From an uncultured Rhodothermales bacterium (GTDB taxonomy: Bacteria; Bacteroidota; Rhodothermia; Rhodothermales; UBA10348), in assembly GCA_964383365.1 (NCBI GenBank), contig CAYLHF010000012.1:8745-72744 (forward strand): 64,000 nucleotides of DNA, in the 5' to 3' direction. Every line of letters begins with the position of its first letter. The first letter of the stretch is position 1. The position numbers and the translations under genes are program-made. This document shows, one piece after another, positions 54,388 to 62,605 of this stretch. Under the pieces are notes generated by a model that had not been told where the DNA came from, ran no database searches, and saw only the letters and a program-made list of their open reading frames with translations.

Positions 54388-55602
54388 TTATGCTGCGCGC
54401 CGATCCGGCGAGGAAGGGCCACATCCTTCCACCCGGCGAAGGGTACTCTTTCTCCTGATATCGCTTGTTTTCCGCGAGACGAGGCGTTTCATATACGCCA
54501 TGATAGCCTCAGCCCCGCTGTGCCCGTGTGGATCTGATTCAATAACGGGAATACCCTCACGAATCCCCTCCAGATCGGCACCTATCGGACCCGATCCCGT
54601 GTTGACAATGGCGACAATGGGCACGCCGATCTCTTCGAGAATCTTCACACCTGTCGCCGCCGCGAGGGCCGTGGGAGCTAACAGTAAGACTCCTGATATT
54701 CCGGGGAGAGACGCCAGTTCGGTAAGAACGACCTGTGATTCGGTATTCAATATTCCGTCAGAAATCTGTCCGACAATCACGTCAGGCCGCGGAATGGAAG
54801 CATCTGTTATCAGCGTGTAAAATAGCTGAGCGACTTCTACAGGTCGTGCTCCCCGGGTCGAAGGGAATCCATATTCGGCGAGATCACGAACGCTCGTGGC
54901 CGAACTGGATAGCATTTCGTCCAGATCGGGTGAACTCATTTCTCCCGTCAGACGACACATGGAGGCCCGAACCTTGTGTTCGGCCAGATGATTCACGAGT
55001 CCCGCGCTGGATTCGGTCAGGCCCTTCTCTGTGTCTGTTCCCACGGTAAGGAAGATGGGCGGAAGCGCGACCCGATTACGTGCCGGTTCAAAAAAGAGAT
55101 TCTTCAGGTTGATTCTGGAGCCTGCCTCGTCCCCGAGCACACCGCGCAATACCACGCGTGTCGGTGTTTGCTCTATCGCGTCGGGCAGTCGTCCAACGAT
55201 CCCTTCTTCCGACCACATCTCAAAGAAGCCTTCATTGGTAATCGGGAGCCGTTTTCCGCTCTTCTCCTGTTGTCCGATAATACCGATAATTACGTCACCG
55301 ACATGGAGTCGCATCCAGGCGCTGCTCTTTGTTCGGACATGGGCGATGTCGCCTACCGAACCAACTTCGACAATAACGACATCTCCAGGCCTGAGCGGGG
55401 GACGGTTCTTAATGTCGAGTTGTTGAAAAAGTCGTTTACTCTGCAGACTGCGACACGCCCAACTCCACCGTGTTCTTCCAGTTGCGTTCACACAATTCTG
55501 ACTTTTAACCAGCGTTCGCCGATCCATCTCGGAAGCGGTCGTGCCGGAGGGGATCATGAATCGAGTCTGTGCAGTTACGAGTGGTAATGATTTGTTTGTC
55601 AT
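54388..55602 (-). CDS. Hypothetical protein (about 400 aa), no family confidently recognised
   Basis: This is a long, clean ORF co-directional with its neighbours. ATG 55602 is preceded by gagg, and the ORF track uses GTG 55635. Only faint resemblance to alpha/beta nucleotide-binding-type proteins is visible (IFLTVGTDTEKGLTES..., Gly-rich C-terminal half). Confidence 0.5.
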   Translation of the reverse strand: MTNKSLPLVTAQTRFMIPSGTTASEMDRRTLVKSQNCVNATGRTRWSWACRSLQSKRLFQQLDIKNRPPLRPGDVVIVEVGSVGDIAHVRTKSSAWMRLHVGDVIIGIIGQQEKSGKRLPITNEGFFEMWSEEGIVGRLPDAIEQTPTRVVLRGVLGDEAGSRINLKNLFFEPARNRVALPPIFLTVGTDTEKGLTESSAGLVNHLAEHKVRASMCRLTGEMSSPDLDEMLSSSATSVRDLAEYGFPSTRGARPVEVAQLFYTLITDASIPRPDVIVGQISDGILNTESQVVLTELASLPGISGVLLLAPTALAAATGVKILEEIGVPIVAIVNTGSGPIGADLEGIREGIPVIESDPHGHSGAEAIMAYMKRLVSRKTSDIRRKSTLRRVEGCGPSSPDRRAA

Positions 55603-55873
55603 GGTTCGCCTCGAAATATTGGGAACGCAATTCACTCCATGACGAACTTCATGCCAAAATAAATAATTTAATTATTTGTCCCTTTTCAGGCCCTTGTAGT
55701 TGTTTACAAGGATTTTACATACTTTTTATGTGACTCACTGACACACGGATTAACACCGCTTGTATCAACGATCTGTCTCAATGAAACAGCCGGGTGTACC
55801 GTCGACGGAGAGATTGCGGGAACGGACAGAGAACGAGCGTCCGTCCAAAGAAGTAGGACCGTTGAATCGGGGC

Positions 55874-57562
55874 TCAGACCTGATCCAGCTTGAACTCGGT
55901 CAGCCTGCGATAGAACGTCGCCCGAGATATGCCAAGCAATTTGGCGGCCGCTTTGCGGTTGCCCTCCGTGTGCCGAAGGGCCGCCAGGATACGATCACGC
56001 TCATCGTCGGGTAATCCGTCAGGAAGCAAATCGGCCGCCACCGACGTGCGAACCTCCGGCGGGAGCGAATTCGCCTCGATGATACTCCCGGGAGTATGAA
56101 TCATTGCGTATTCAATCGCATTGGCAAGTTCGCGCACGTTTCCCGGCCAATTGTACTCCAGCATGCAACGGACCGCCGATTCACCGAGTGTGTCAATTTC
56201 TACTCCTGATTTTGCCGATAGGCCACTCAGGAAGTGGTACGCAAGGAGTGGAATATCGCTTCTCCGTTCCCGGAGAGGAGGCAGCTCCAGGCGGGCGACT
56301 CGGATGCGGAATAACAGGTCCTGTCTGAAGGTCCCGTTCTCGACCTCGGTGGGAAGATGTCGGTGCGAAGCGGCAACAATACGAACATCTACCTTTCTTG
56401 CCTTGGTCTCACCGACACGCGTAACGGTTCGTTCCTCCAGGACGCGAAGCAGATTCACCTGAATATCCAACGGAATATCTCCAATCTCATCCAGGAACAA
56501 GGTTCCCCCGTTCGCAGCGCCAAAGTAGCCGGGTTCGTCCGAAATGGCACCGGTGAATGAGCCTCTCTTATGTCCGAAAAGCTGACTCGCTACCAGCGAC
56601 TCTGTGAGTGCACCGCAGTTCACTGCTACAAAGGGCTTGGATGCCCTGGCACTGGCATCGTGAATGGCACGAGCAACGAGTTCTTTTCCGGTCCCCGTCT
56701 CTCCCTCTATTAAGACAGTAGAATCGAAGCGTGCGGCCGACTTGATTTGATCAAAAATGCGATTCATCGGCTCACTGTCGCCGATAATGTCTCCGCCTTT
56801 GTTTTGTCGGGCCAGCTGTCGTCGGAGGTCATGGACCTTCGTAACATCGTAAAAAACGAACAAGCGCCGTCGCTTTTCCTGAGGATCTCTGCGGATGTCG
56901 AGTTCCATGTGATAGGATTGGCCGTGGTCGAGAGAAATCCTCGTAGGAATACGCGTCGACGTTCCGTCTTCAGAATCAAATTTAGCGCGTACGCGCGAGA
57001 TCGTCTCCGACTGAAAGGGCAGCACTCGATCCCACATAAGGCCCAGGGCATCAGACTCATTGATTCCGAGTAATCGTCGAGCTACCTGACTGACGAACAC
57101 GATTCTACCGTCCGCGTCCGTAATTACCGTCCCGATTCGGAGTCCGTCGAGCAGAAGCTGCAAATTATCCCGATCCCGGCGAAGTAGTCTGTGAGATCTG
57201 TATTTGGATAATGCAACCTCGATATTCGCACGTAACTCGCTCTCCTGAAACGGTTTGATCACATACCCGAATGGTCCGGTGGCGTTGGCTCTATTGAGCG
57301 TTTGTTCGTCTCCAAAAGCCGTGAGAAAAACAACAGGCACGTCTTGTGACTCCCTGATCAACTGCGCAGCTTCGATCCCATCCATCGTCCCTTCCAGATG
57401 GACATCCATGAGGATCAGGTCCGGCCGTAGAGCCGACGCTCGCCTGACGGCCTGCTCGCCTGAAACAACTTTATCGACCACCTGATACCCCAGCTGCTGC
57501 AGGTGGTATTCCAACTCCAGAGCGGTTATCGCTTCATCTTCAACTATCAGTACCTTTACCAC
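55874..57562 (-). CDS. Sigma-54-dependent response regulator (REC-PAS-AAA+-HTH, NtrC family)
   Basis: The REC domain is VLIVEDE...DLILMDVHL. The AAA+ sigma-54 interaction domain has GETGTGKELVARAIH, GHKRGSFTGA and LFLDEIGD. The C-terminal Fis-type HTH is NRKAAAKLLGISRATFYRRL. Confidence 0.9.
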   Translation of the reverse strand: MVKVLIVEDEAITALELEYHLQQLGYQVVDKVVSGEQAVRRASALRPDLILMDVHLEGTMDGIEAAQLIRESQDVPVVFLTAFGDEQTLNRANATGPFGYVIKPFQESELRANIEVALSKYRSHRLLRRDRDNLQLLLDGLRIGTVITDADGRIVFVSQVARRLLGINESDALGLMWDRVLPFQSETISRVRAKFDSEDGTSTRIPTRISLDHGQSYHMELDIRRDPQEKRRRLFVFYDVTKVHDLRRQLARQNKGGDIIGDSEPMNRIFDQIKSAARFDSTVLIEGETGTGKELVARAIHDASARASKPFVAVNCGALTESLVASQLFGHKRGSFTGAISDEPGYFGAANGGTLFLDEIGDIPLDIQVNLLRVLEERTVTRVGETKARKVDVRIVAASHRHLPTEVENGTFRQDLLFRIRVARLELPPLRERRSDIPLLAYHFLSGLSAKSGVEIDTLGESAVRCMLEYNWPGNVRELANAIEYAMIHTPGSIIEANSLPPEVRTSVAADLLPDGLPDDERDRILAALRHTEGNRKAAAKLLGISRATFYRRLTEFKLDQV

Positions 57563-57586
57563 TATCCTTCTCCGACTGGTCGTCGA

Positions 57587-60500
57587 TCAGTGAGTACCCA
57601 TTTTTTGCCTGACCTCATCCTCCGATACGGACCCATGAATCGAAACGACTGGAAAAATGATGTCAAAACGGGCACCCTGAGGACCTGACTTCCGTGTTTC
57701 AGCTATCGTAAAACGACCGCCCAGACGCGAGACCAGACCTCTTACAAGATTCAGTCCAAGAGACGCCTCGGTGTGCGTTGCATAATCGTCTGACAGTCCC
57801 GCTCCGTCGTCGGATACCGTGAGACGATAAAATTCCTGTTCACGCTCCATACGGATTTTAATCGTGCCCCCTTCGGAATTATCTGGAAAGGCATGCTTCA
57901 GCGCGTTTGACACCAGTTCTGTCAGAATCAACCCGCAAGAGATAGCCCTGTCTACGTCCATATAATGTATGGGACACTGAATCTGAATAAGAATGTTTCT
58001 GTTTTGCGCATCATAGGATACGAGCAGTTGCTCCGTAATACCTCTAAGGTAGCCGTCAAAATCCAACTCGGCCAGATTGTCAGACCTGTACACTCGTTCG
58101 TGGATCGTAGAAATCGAATAAATTCGATCCCGACATTCGTCAAACAGGCGTTTTGTCGCATCGTCACTAACCTGGCGAGACTGCAAGCGAAGAAGACTCG
58201 AGATCATCTGCAGGTTATTCTTGACTCTGTGATGGACCTCCCGGAGTAGAATATCTTTCTGTTCGAGAGAATCCCTGAGCTCTTCGGTTGTGGCCTGAAG
58301 TTCATCGGTCGCCGTCTCAAAATCATGGGTTCTCGCAGTTACCTCCTTCTCAAGAATTTTCTGCCTGTGACGGAGACTCCTGACCCGAACCCTATGTCCG
58401 AACGCAATAGCTCCGGAAAAGAGTAGACCGACGATTATCCAGAAGAATATCGTCTGGTAGAAGAACGGTTCGACCGTGAACGAAATGGAAGCTCCCTCTC
58501 GATTCCAAACGCCATCATTGTTGGATGCCATTAACTCGAACGTATACGTACCGGGAGCCAGATGAGTAAATGTGGCAGACGTTTCATTGTCAGCATTTAC
58601 CCATACATCCTCGTAACCCTCGAGTCGATATCGGTATGAAACCGTATTCGGGTCAACCAGACTCAATCCGGCATACGCTATCTCGATTCTCTTGACACTC
58701 GGAGATACCTCGACCCCTTTTCTGAGATCTGCCCGAATATCATCCAGATAGACGCTCTCGATAACGACGGGAGGAATCGTCTCATTCCGTCTGAGATTTG
58801 TCGGATTTACGACGGCTACGCCGGAGACTGTCGGAAACCACAGGCGTCCATCGGAACCACGCCAACCTGCCGGCTGAACCCCACCATTTACCTCGCGAGT
58901 TCGGAGTCCGTCGTCGGTACCATAGATCGCGTTGCCTACCCGGTCGGCTGCTCCACGTCCCACGTCGTCGAGATCGCGTTTAGAAACTGAAAACACGCCC
59001 CGATTACAACCCATCCACAGGTTGCCGTTATCATCTTCGAGAATTTGAAAAATTTTATCGTCGAACAGCCCCTCTCTGGATCCGAATGTCAGGAAGCGAT
59101 TGTCCTTAAATCGAGTCAAGCCGCCACCGTACGTTCCTATCCAGAGCGTACCGTCCTGATCCAGGTAAAGGGCAGATATGGTGTTACTCCCGAGTCCCGA
59201 ATCGGTCGTAAACGACGTAAATTTGCCGTTATTGAAGAGATTGAGCCCGTCTTCGTAGGTTCCTATCCAGAGCTCACCGTTCGGGCTCTCTGCAATCGCT
59301 GTTACCGAATTACCCGACAGCCCATCGGCAGTCGTATACGACCGGATAGATGACCCGTCAATAACAGAAAGTCCGTTGTCGGTACCTACCCAGAGGCGGC
59401 CATCAAATGACGTGTACAACGCATAAACGGCGTTACTGGCCAACCCGTTAGTCGACGTGTAGGACCGAATTCGCCGGTCTTTCCAGAGAGTGAGCCCGGC
59501 GTCCACCGTTCCAATCCAATATGCTCCGTTCGGGGCGCCGGCTATACTCGTGACCACGTTACTCGGTAGTCCGGACTCGGTCGTGATCGATGTCAGACTC
59601 GATCCAACTAATTTGGAAATTCCACCACCGAATGTGCCAACAAGAATGGCACCGGCTCTGTCCTCAAAGACTGTTGATACGGCGTTGGAAACAAGTCCTT
59701 CTCGCTCTGACCACGTCGTAAATGCTCCGTCACGTAGCCTGTTGAGTCCACCGCCACCGGTTCCTATCCAGAGACTTCCCTCTCGATCTTCCATCACGGA
59801 GAGTACGCGCCCGTTGGAGAGACCTTCCTCCGGCGTGAAGGTATCCATCGAGCCATCATGATATCTGGCCATTCCAGTATGGTCCAGGCCCAGCCAAATG
59901 GACCCGGAACCATCTTCAACAATAGACCACACGACATCTTCAGGCCACCCGTTGGACGGGTCAAGATGCCGTACATGCTCTCCTTCGATTCTCATCAACC
60001 CCGAGTGTGTCCCGACCCAGACACGATCTTCCCGGTCGATATAGAGTTCCTGGACCAGCGACCCCGAAACGCTTCGGATCTCATGGGGTGCCTGGTCCGC
60101 TCCGACGTGCATTTCTGCCAGGCCCTGATCCGTTCCGATCCATAATTCATCGCTCGCCGAAAGTGCGATCGTCTGGACAAGATTCCCTGGAAGCCCCTTC
60201 GACGTATCGAACTTCGTACAAACATCCTGGACGCATGAAAGCAGACCATTTTTACTCGTGCCCAGAAATAGAGTACCATTCGATGATAGTTCTATATCAT
60301 TGATTCGAACGGACCCGAAAGATGTCAGGGGCATATAGTTTTGGACGACGCCATCCCGATAATACAGGACGCCGGCACCGTCCGTCCCAATCCATATTCG
60401 CCCGTCTGCACCCTCTTTCAGGGCGAGAACATTATGACCTCGCTCGAATGCCAGCGTATTTCTTCCGTTATACACTGTAAACGTGCGACCATCGAAGCGA

Positions 60501-60721
60501 GCGAGACCTTCTTCGGTGCCTAACCACAGATATCCGTTCGAAGATTGGATGAGGGCATGAACTGTATTCTGAGGTAGGCCTTCGTCGTACTGCCAGACAT
60601 CGTGTAAAAGCTGGGTGATGGCCTTCTGCGGATCCAGAGGTTGAAACAATCCTGTTGCCGACAGTCTTACGGGCTGGGTGAGACTGACGAGGGCGACGAC
60701 AGCAGATAAGACTTTATTCAT
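57587..60721 (-). CDS. Sensor histidine kinase with Reg_prop beta-propeller repeats, Y_Y_Y domain and HisKA_2-type transmitter
   Basis: Propeller repeats (DG.LWIGT..GL) are followed by YRYRLEGYEDVW, a TM helix (IFFWIIVGLLFSGAIAF), a coiled coil, LLREVHHRVKNNLQMISSLLRLQ (HisKA_2/HWE-like H-box) and an ATPase region (ELVSNALKHAF, DDGAG). It ends 24 nt upstream of the regulator gene. Confidence 0.85.
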   Translation of the reverse strand: MNKVLSAVVALVSLTQPVRLSATGLFQPLDPQKAITQLLHDVWQYDEGLPQNTVHALIQSSNGYLWLGTEEGLARFDGRTFTVYNGRNTLAFERGHNVLALKEGADGRIWIGTDGAGVLYYRDGVVQNYMPLTSFGSVRINDIELSSNGTLFLGTSKNGLLSCVQDVCTKFDTSKGLPGNLVQTIALSASDELWIGTDQGLAEMHVGADQAPHEIRSVSGSLVQELYIDREDRVWVGTHSGLMRIEGEHVRHLDPSNGWPEDVVWSIVEDGSGSIWLGLDHTGMARYHDGSMDTFTPEEGLSNGRVLSVMEDREGSLWIGTGGGGLNRLRDGAFTTWSEREGLVSNAVSTVFEDRAGAILVGTFGGGISKLVGSSLTSITTESGLPSNVVTSIAGAPNGAYWIGTVDAGLTLWKDRRIRSYTSTNGLASNAVYALYTSFDGRLWVGTDNGLSVIDGSSIRSYTTADGLSGNSVTAIAESPNGELWIGTYEDGLNLFNNGKFTSFTTDSGLGSNTISALYLDQDGTLWIGTYGGGLTRFKDNRFLTFGSREGLFDDKIFQILEDDNGNLWMGCNRGVFSVSKRDLDDVGRGAADRVGNAIYGTDDGLRTREVNGGVQPAGWRGSDGRLWFPTVSGVAVVNPTNLRRNETIPPVVIESVYLDDIRADLRKGVEVSPSVKRIEIAYAGLSLVDPNTVSYRYRLEGYEDVWVNADNETSATFTHLAPGTYTFELMASNNDGVWNREGASISFTVEPFFYQTIFFWIIVGLLFSGAIAFGHRVRVRSLRHRQKILEKEVTARTHDFETATDELQATTEELRDSLEQKDILLREVHHRVKNNLQMISSLLRLQSRQVSDDATKRLFDECRDRIYSISTIHERVYRSDNLAELDFDGYLRGITEQLLVSYDAQNRNILIQIQCPIHYMDVDRAISCGLILTELVSNALKHAFPDNSEGGTIKIRMEREQEFYRLTVSDDGAGLSDDYATHTEASLGLNLVRGLVSRLGGRFTIAETRKSGPQGARFDIIFPVVSIHGSVSEDEVRQKMGTH

Positions 60722-60923
60722 AGCTATAGGTACGCGCTACAAAATGACGGAAACCGGTAATTTCCGATCACAAAAACCAATCCAAATCGATCTTTAATAG
60801 AAATTTAATTTTGAATCAACAGAAATGGATGGGATGTGAAGGATAATATAGATTCTATTCCGTATTTACCGTAGCAGGCCAATGAAAGAGCGTCCTACCG
60901 TGCCACCCCCACCGTTTTACTTT

Positions 60924-60939
60924 GGCACCGCTTTTGCAA
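60924..60939 (+). promoter_or_regulatory. Consensus sigma-54 (-24/-12) promoter of the S8 protease gene
   Basis: TGGCACcgcttTTGCA is an exact match to TGGCAC-N5-TTGCA. It lies ~40 nt upstream of ATG 60980, in the divergent intergenic region shared with the kinase/NtrC-type regulator operon. Confidence 0.8.
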
Positions 60940-60979
60940 GTTCAGCCTGCCCCTTCGTTCGAAAGAACCGTTGACCGTT

Positions 60980-62353
60980 ATGAACAAGCAGAGAAAGTGG
61001 GTTCTCCACGGAACCCTCCTCATCACGTTCCTGCTGACATCGCGATGCACTGACCGTGCTCCGACGTCTGCCATGGAATCTGACCCGGTATTCTCCGTCG
61101 AGAGTACTGCCAAGACTCGCCATATGAACCTCCTCGGGACGTCCTTCGATGCTCTCGGGAAGGGCTCAGGCACGGCACAAATAATCGTCAAATTTTCCAA
61201 CCCTACGCTTGATGCGAATGGTTGGCTTCGTCGCTATGGATGGCTCAGGCGATACGGCTGGCTGCGACGTCATGACGTGACAGGATCCATAGTCGATCTG
61301 GGTGTGGCCGCGACGATGAATAAAAAAGATATTCGGAAGGCCCTCGGAATCGGAGATCATGAAGACGCGCTGGCTACAGCCATCGAGTTGTTGTCCGGAG
61401 ATCCGGATGTGAGTCTTATCGAACCGGATATTCCGGTGTCCGGTCCTGACGGCGGGTTCTCCGGAGCGAAGATGAAAGACCAGTATATCTCGTGGGGGAT
61501 CCGTGATATCGGAGCGATCGGAGGGTCTGACGGAGAGGATCAGGATGACGGCGATGATGAGGATCGGGACGAGATGGATGATGTGGAAGACGTAAGCGTT
61601 TTCGTTCTCGATACGGCATTTGGCAAAGACGATCTTAATCTGAAAGAGGAGCGTATTTTCAGTAACGGTAAGGGGCCTAAATACTTCACACACGGCTATC
61701 ATATTGCGGCGACAATCGGAGCAAAAGACAATGACAAGGGTGTTTTGGGCGTTGCTCCAGGTGTGGAAATGAACAGTTTTGTTGTTCTCAATGCGGCGGG
61801 GAAAACAGATGAATCCGTGGTCATTCAGGCATTGAATGAAGTCATGGCCTATGCCGCGTCGAACGGCGACAAGCATTCGAATCCCATCATTGTCAGTCTC
61901 AGTCTCGGGGAGAACATCCATTCAACAGAGGCTACGCTTCTCGATGACGCTATCACGGACGCAGTAGCCATGGGTATCACCGTGGTTGTCTCGGCAGGTA
62001 ATGACGGCGTCGATGCCGCTACGGTCACACCCGCCCATGCATCCGGAGCCATCACAGTCGGTGCGTATGATCATGATCACGACTGGGCATCGTTTTCGAA
62101 CTATGGTAAGACCGTCAATATCGTAGCTCCCGGAGTCGATGTCGTTTCTCTGGGACGGATCAAAAAGGGACGGACGGAACTGACTATCGCAACCGGCACA
62201 TCCATGGCGGTACCCTATGTAGTCGGTGCCGCAGCTCGTTACCTGAGTGAGCACCCGGGAGCCGACCGTGAGGAAGTCCTCAACGCCCTGATGAGCTCAC
62301 CGATCTCCGGTCCAGATGGTGCAAGTTATCCTATGGTCACCGTCAGAGAGTAG
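60980..62353 (+). CDS. Subtilisin-like serine protease (peptidase S8) with unusual N-terminal region
   Basis: The catalytic triad contexts are VFVLDTAF (Asp), HGYHIAATIG (His) and GTSMAVPYVVGAAA (Ser). The N-terminal signal-like segment is WVLHGTLLITFLLTS. The pro-region contains GWLRRY GWLRRY GWLRRH and an acidic tract GEDQDDGDDEDRDEMDDVED. I saw no T9SS CTD. Confidence 0.85.
   Translation: MNKQRKWVLHGTLLITFLLTSRCTDRAPTSAMESDPVFSVESTAKTRHMNLLGTSFDALGKGSGTAQIIVKFSNPTLDANGWLRRYGWLRRYGWLRRHDVTGSIVDLGVAATMNKKDIRKALGIGDHEDALATAIELLSGDPDVSLIEPDIPVSGPDGGFSGAKMKDQYISWGIRDIGAIGGSDGEDQDDGDDEDRDEMDDVEDVSVFVLDTAFGKDDLNLKEERIFSNGKGPKYFTHGYHIAATIGAKDNDKGVLGVAPGVEMNSFVVLNAAGKTDESVVIQALNEVMAYAASNGDKHSNPIIVSLSLGENIHSTEATLLDDAITDAVAMGITVVVSAGNDGVDAATVTPAHASGAITVGAYDHDHDWASFSNYGKTVNIVAPGVDVVSLGRIKKGRTELTIATGTSMAVPYVVGAAARYLSEHPGADREEVLNALMSSPISGPDGASYPMVTVRE
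61220..61273 (+). repeat. Three tandem 18-nt units encoding GWLRRY/GWLRRY/GWLRRH with divergent codons
   Basis: The units are ggt tgg ctt cgt cgc tat / gga tgg ctc agg cga tac / ggc tgg ctg cga cgt cat. Every degenerate codon position differs between copies while the peptide is conserved. Confidence 0.95.
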
Positions 62354-62385
62354 ACCGTATACAGGAACGGGATCCAGACCAGCTT

Positions 62386-62426
62386 TTGAGCCGCTCTCGA
62401 CTGAGTCGAGAGCGGCTCAATTTTTT
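62386..62426 (+). terminator. Rho-independent terminator of the S8 protease gene
   Basis: A perfect 16-bp stem, ttgagccgctctcgac (62386-62401) / gtcgagagcggctcaa (62405-62420), has the loop tga and is followed by TTTTTT (62421-62426). Confidence 0.9.
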
Positions 62427-62490
62427 CGTTCCAATGCACATCGCACGCCGAGAAAAACCCCGAAATATATGGCCGCCCTGAATCATTAAT

Positions 62491-62541
62491 GTGTCTCACA
62501 TGAGACACGCATGAGACACCGACGAGACACTTTCTGTGTCT
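62491..62541. repeat. Helically phased heptamer array: GTGTCTC - GAGACAC x3 - GTGTCTt
   Basis: The copies are GTGTCTC at 62491-62497, GAGACAC at 62502-62508, 62513-62519 and 62524-62530, and the inverted GTGTCT at 62536-62541. Start-to-start spacings are 11, 11, 11 and 12 bp. The array lies between convergent genes, downstream of the terminator at 62386-62426. Confidence 0.9.
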
Positions 62542-62605
62542 TTTGACGGGCCCGAGACCTGGATGCAACCGCAACACCCGTCGTGGAGGGAGCCGTCTAC
62601 ACCCA

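Noticed and set aside
55621-55637. gggaacgcaa at 55621 resembling the sigma-54-like site at 54306-54321
   Set aside because: It is on the opposite strand relative to the local genes, lies inside the start region of the 415-aa ORF and lacks a -12 GC at the correct spacing. The match is probably chance.
61166-61921. 251-aa minus-strand ORF overlapping the S8 protease gene
   Set aside because: It is antisense to a gene with a complete Asp/His/Ser catalytic triad, a sigma-54 promoter and a terminator. I recognise no motifs in it.
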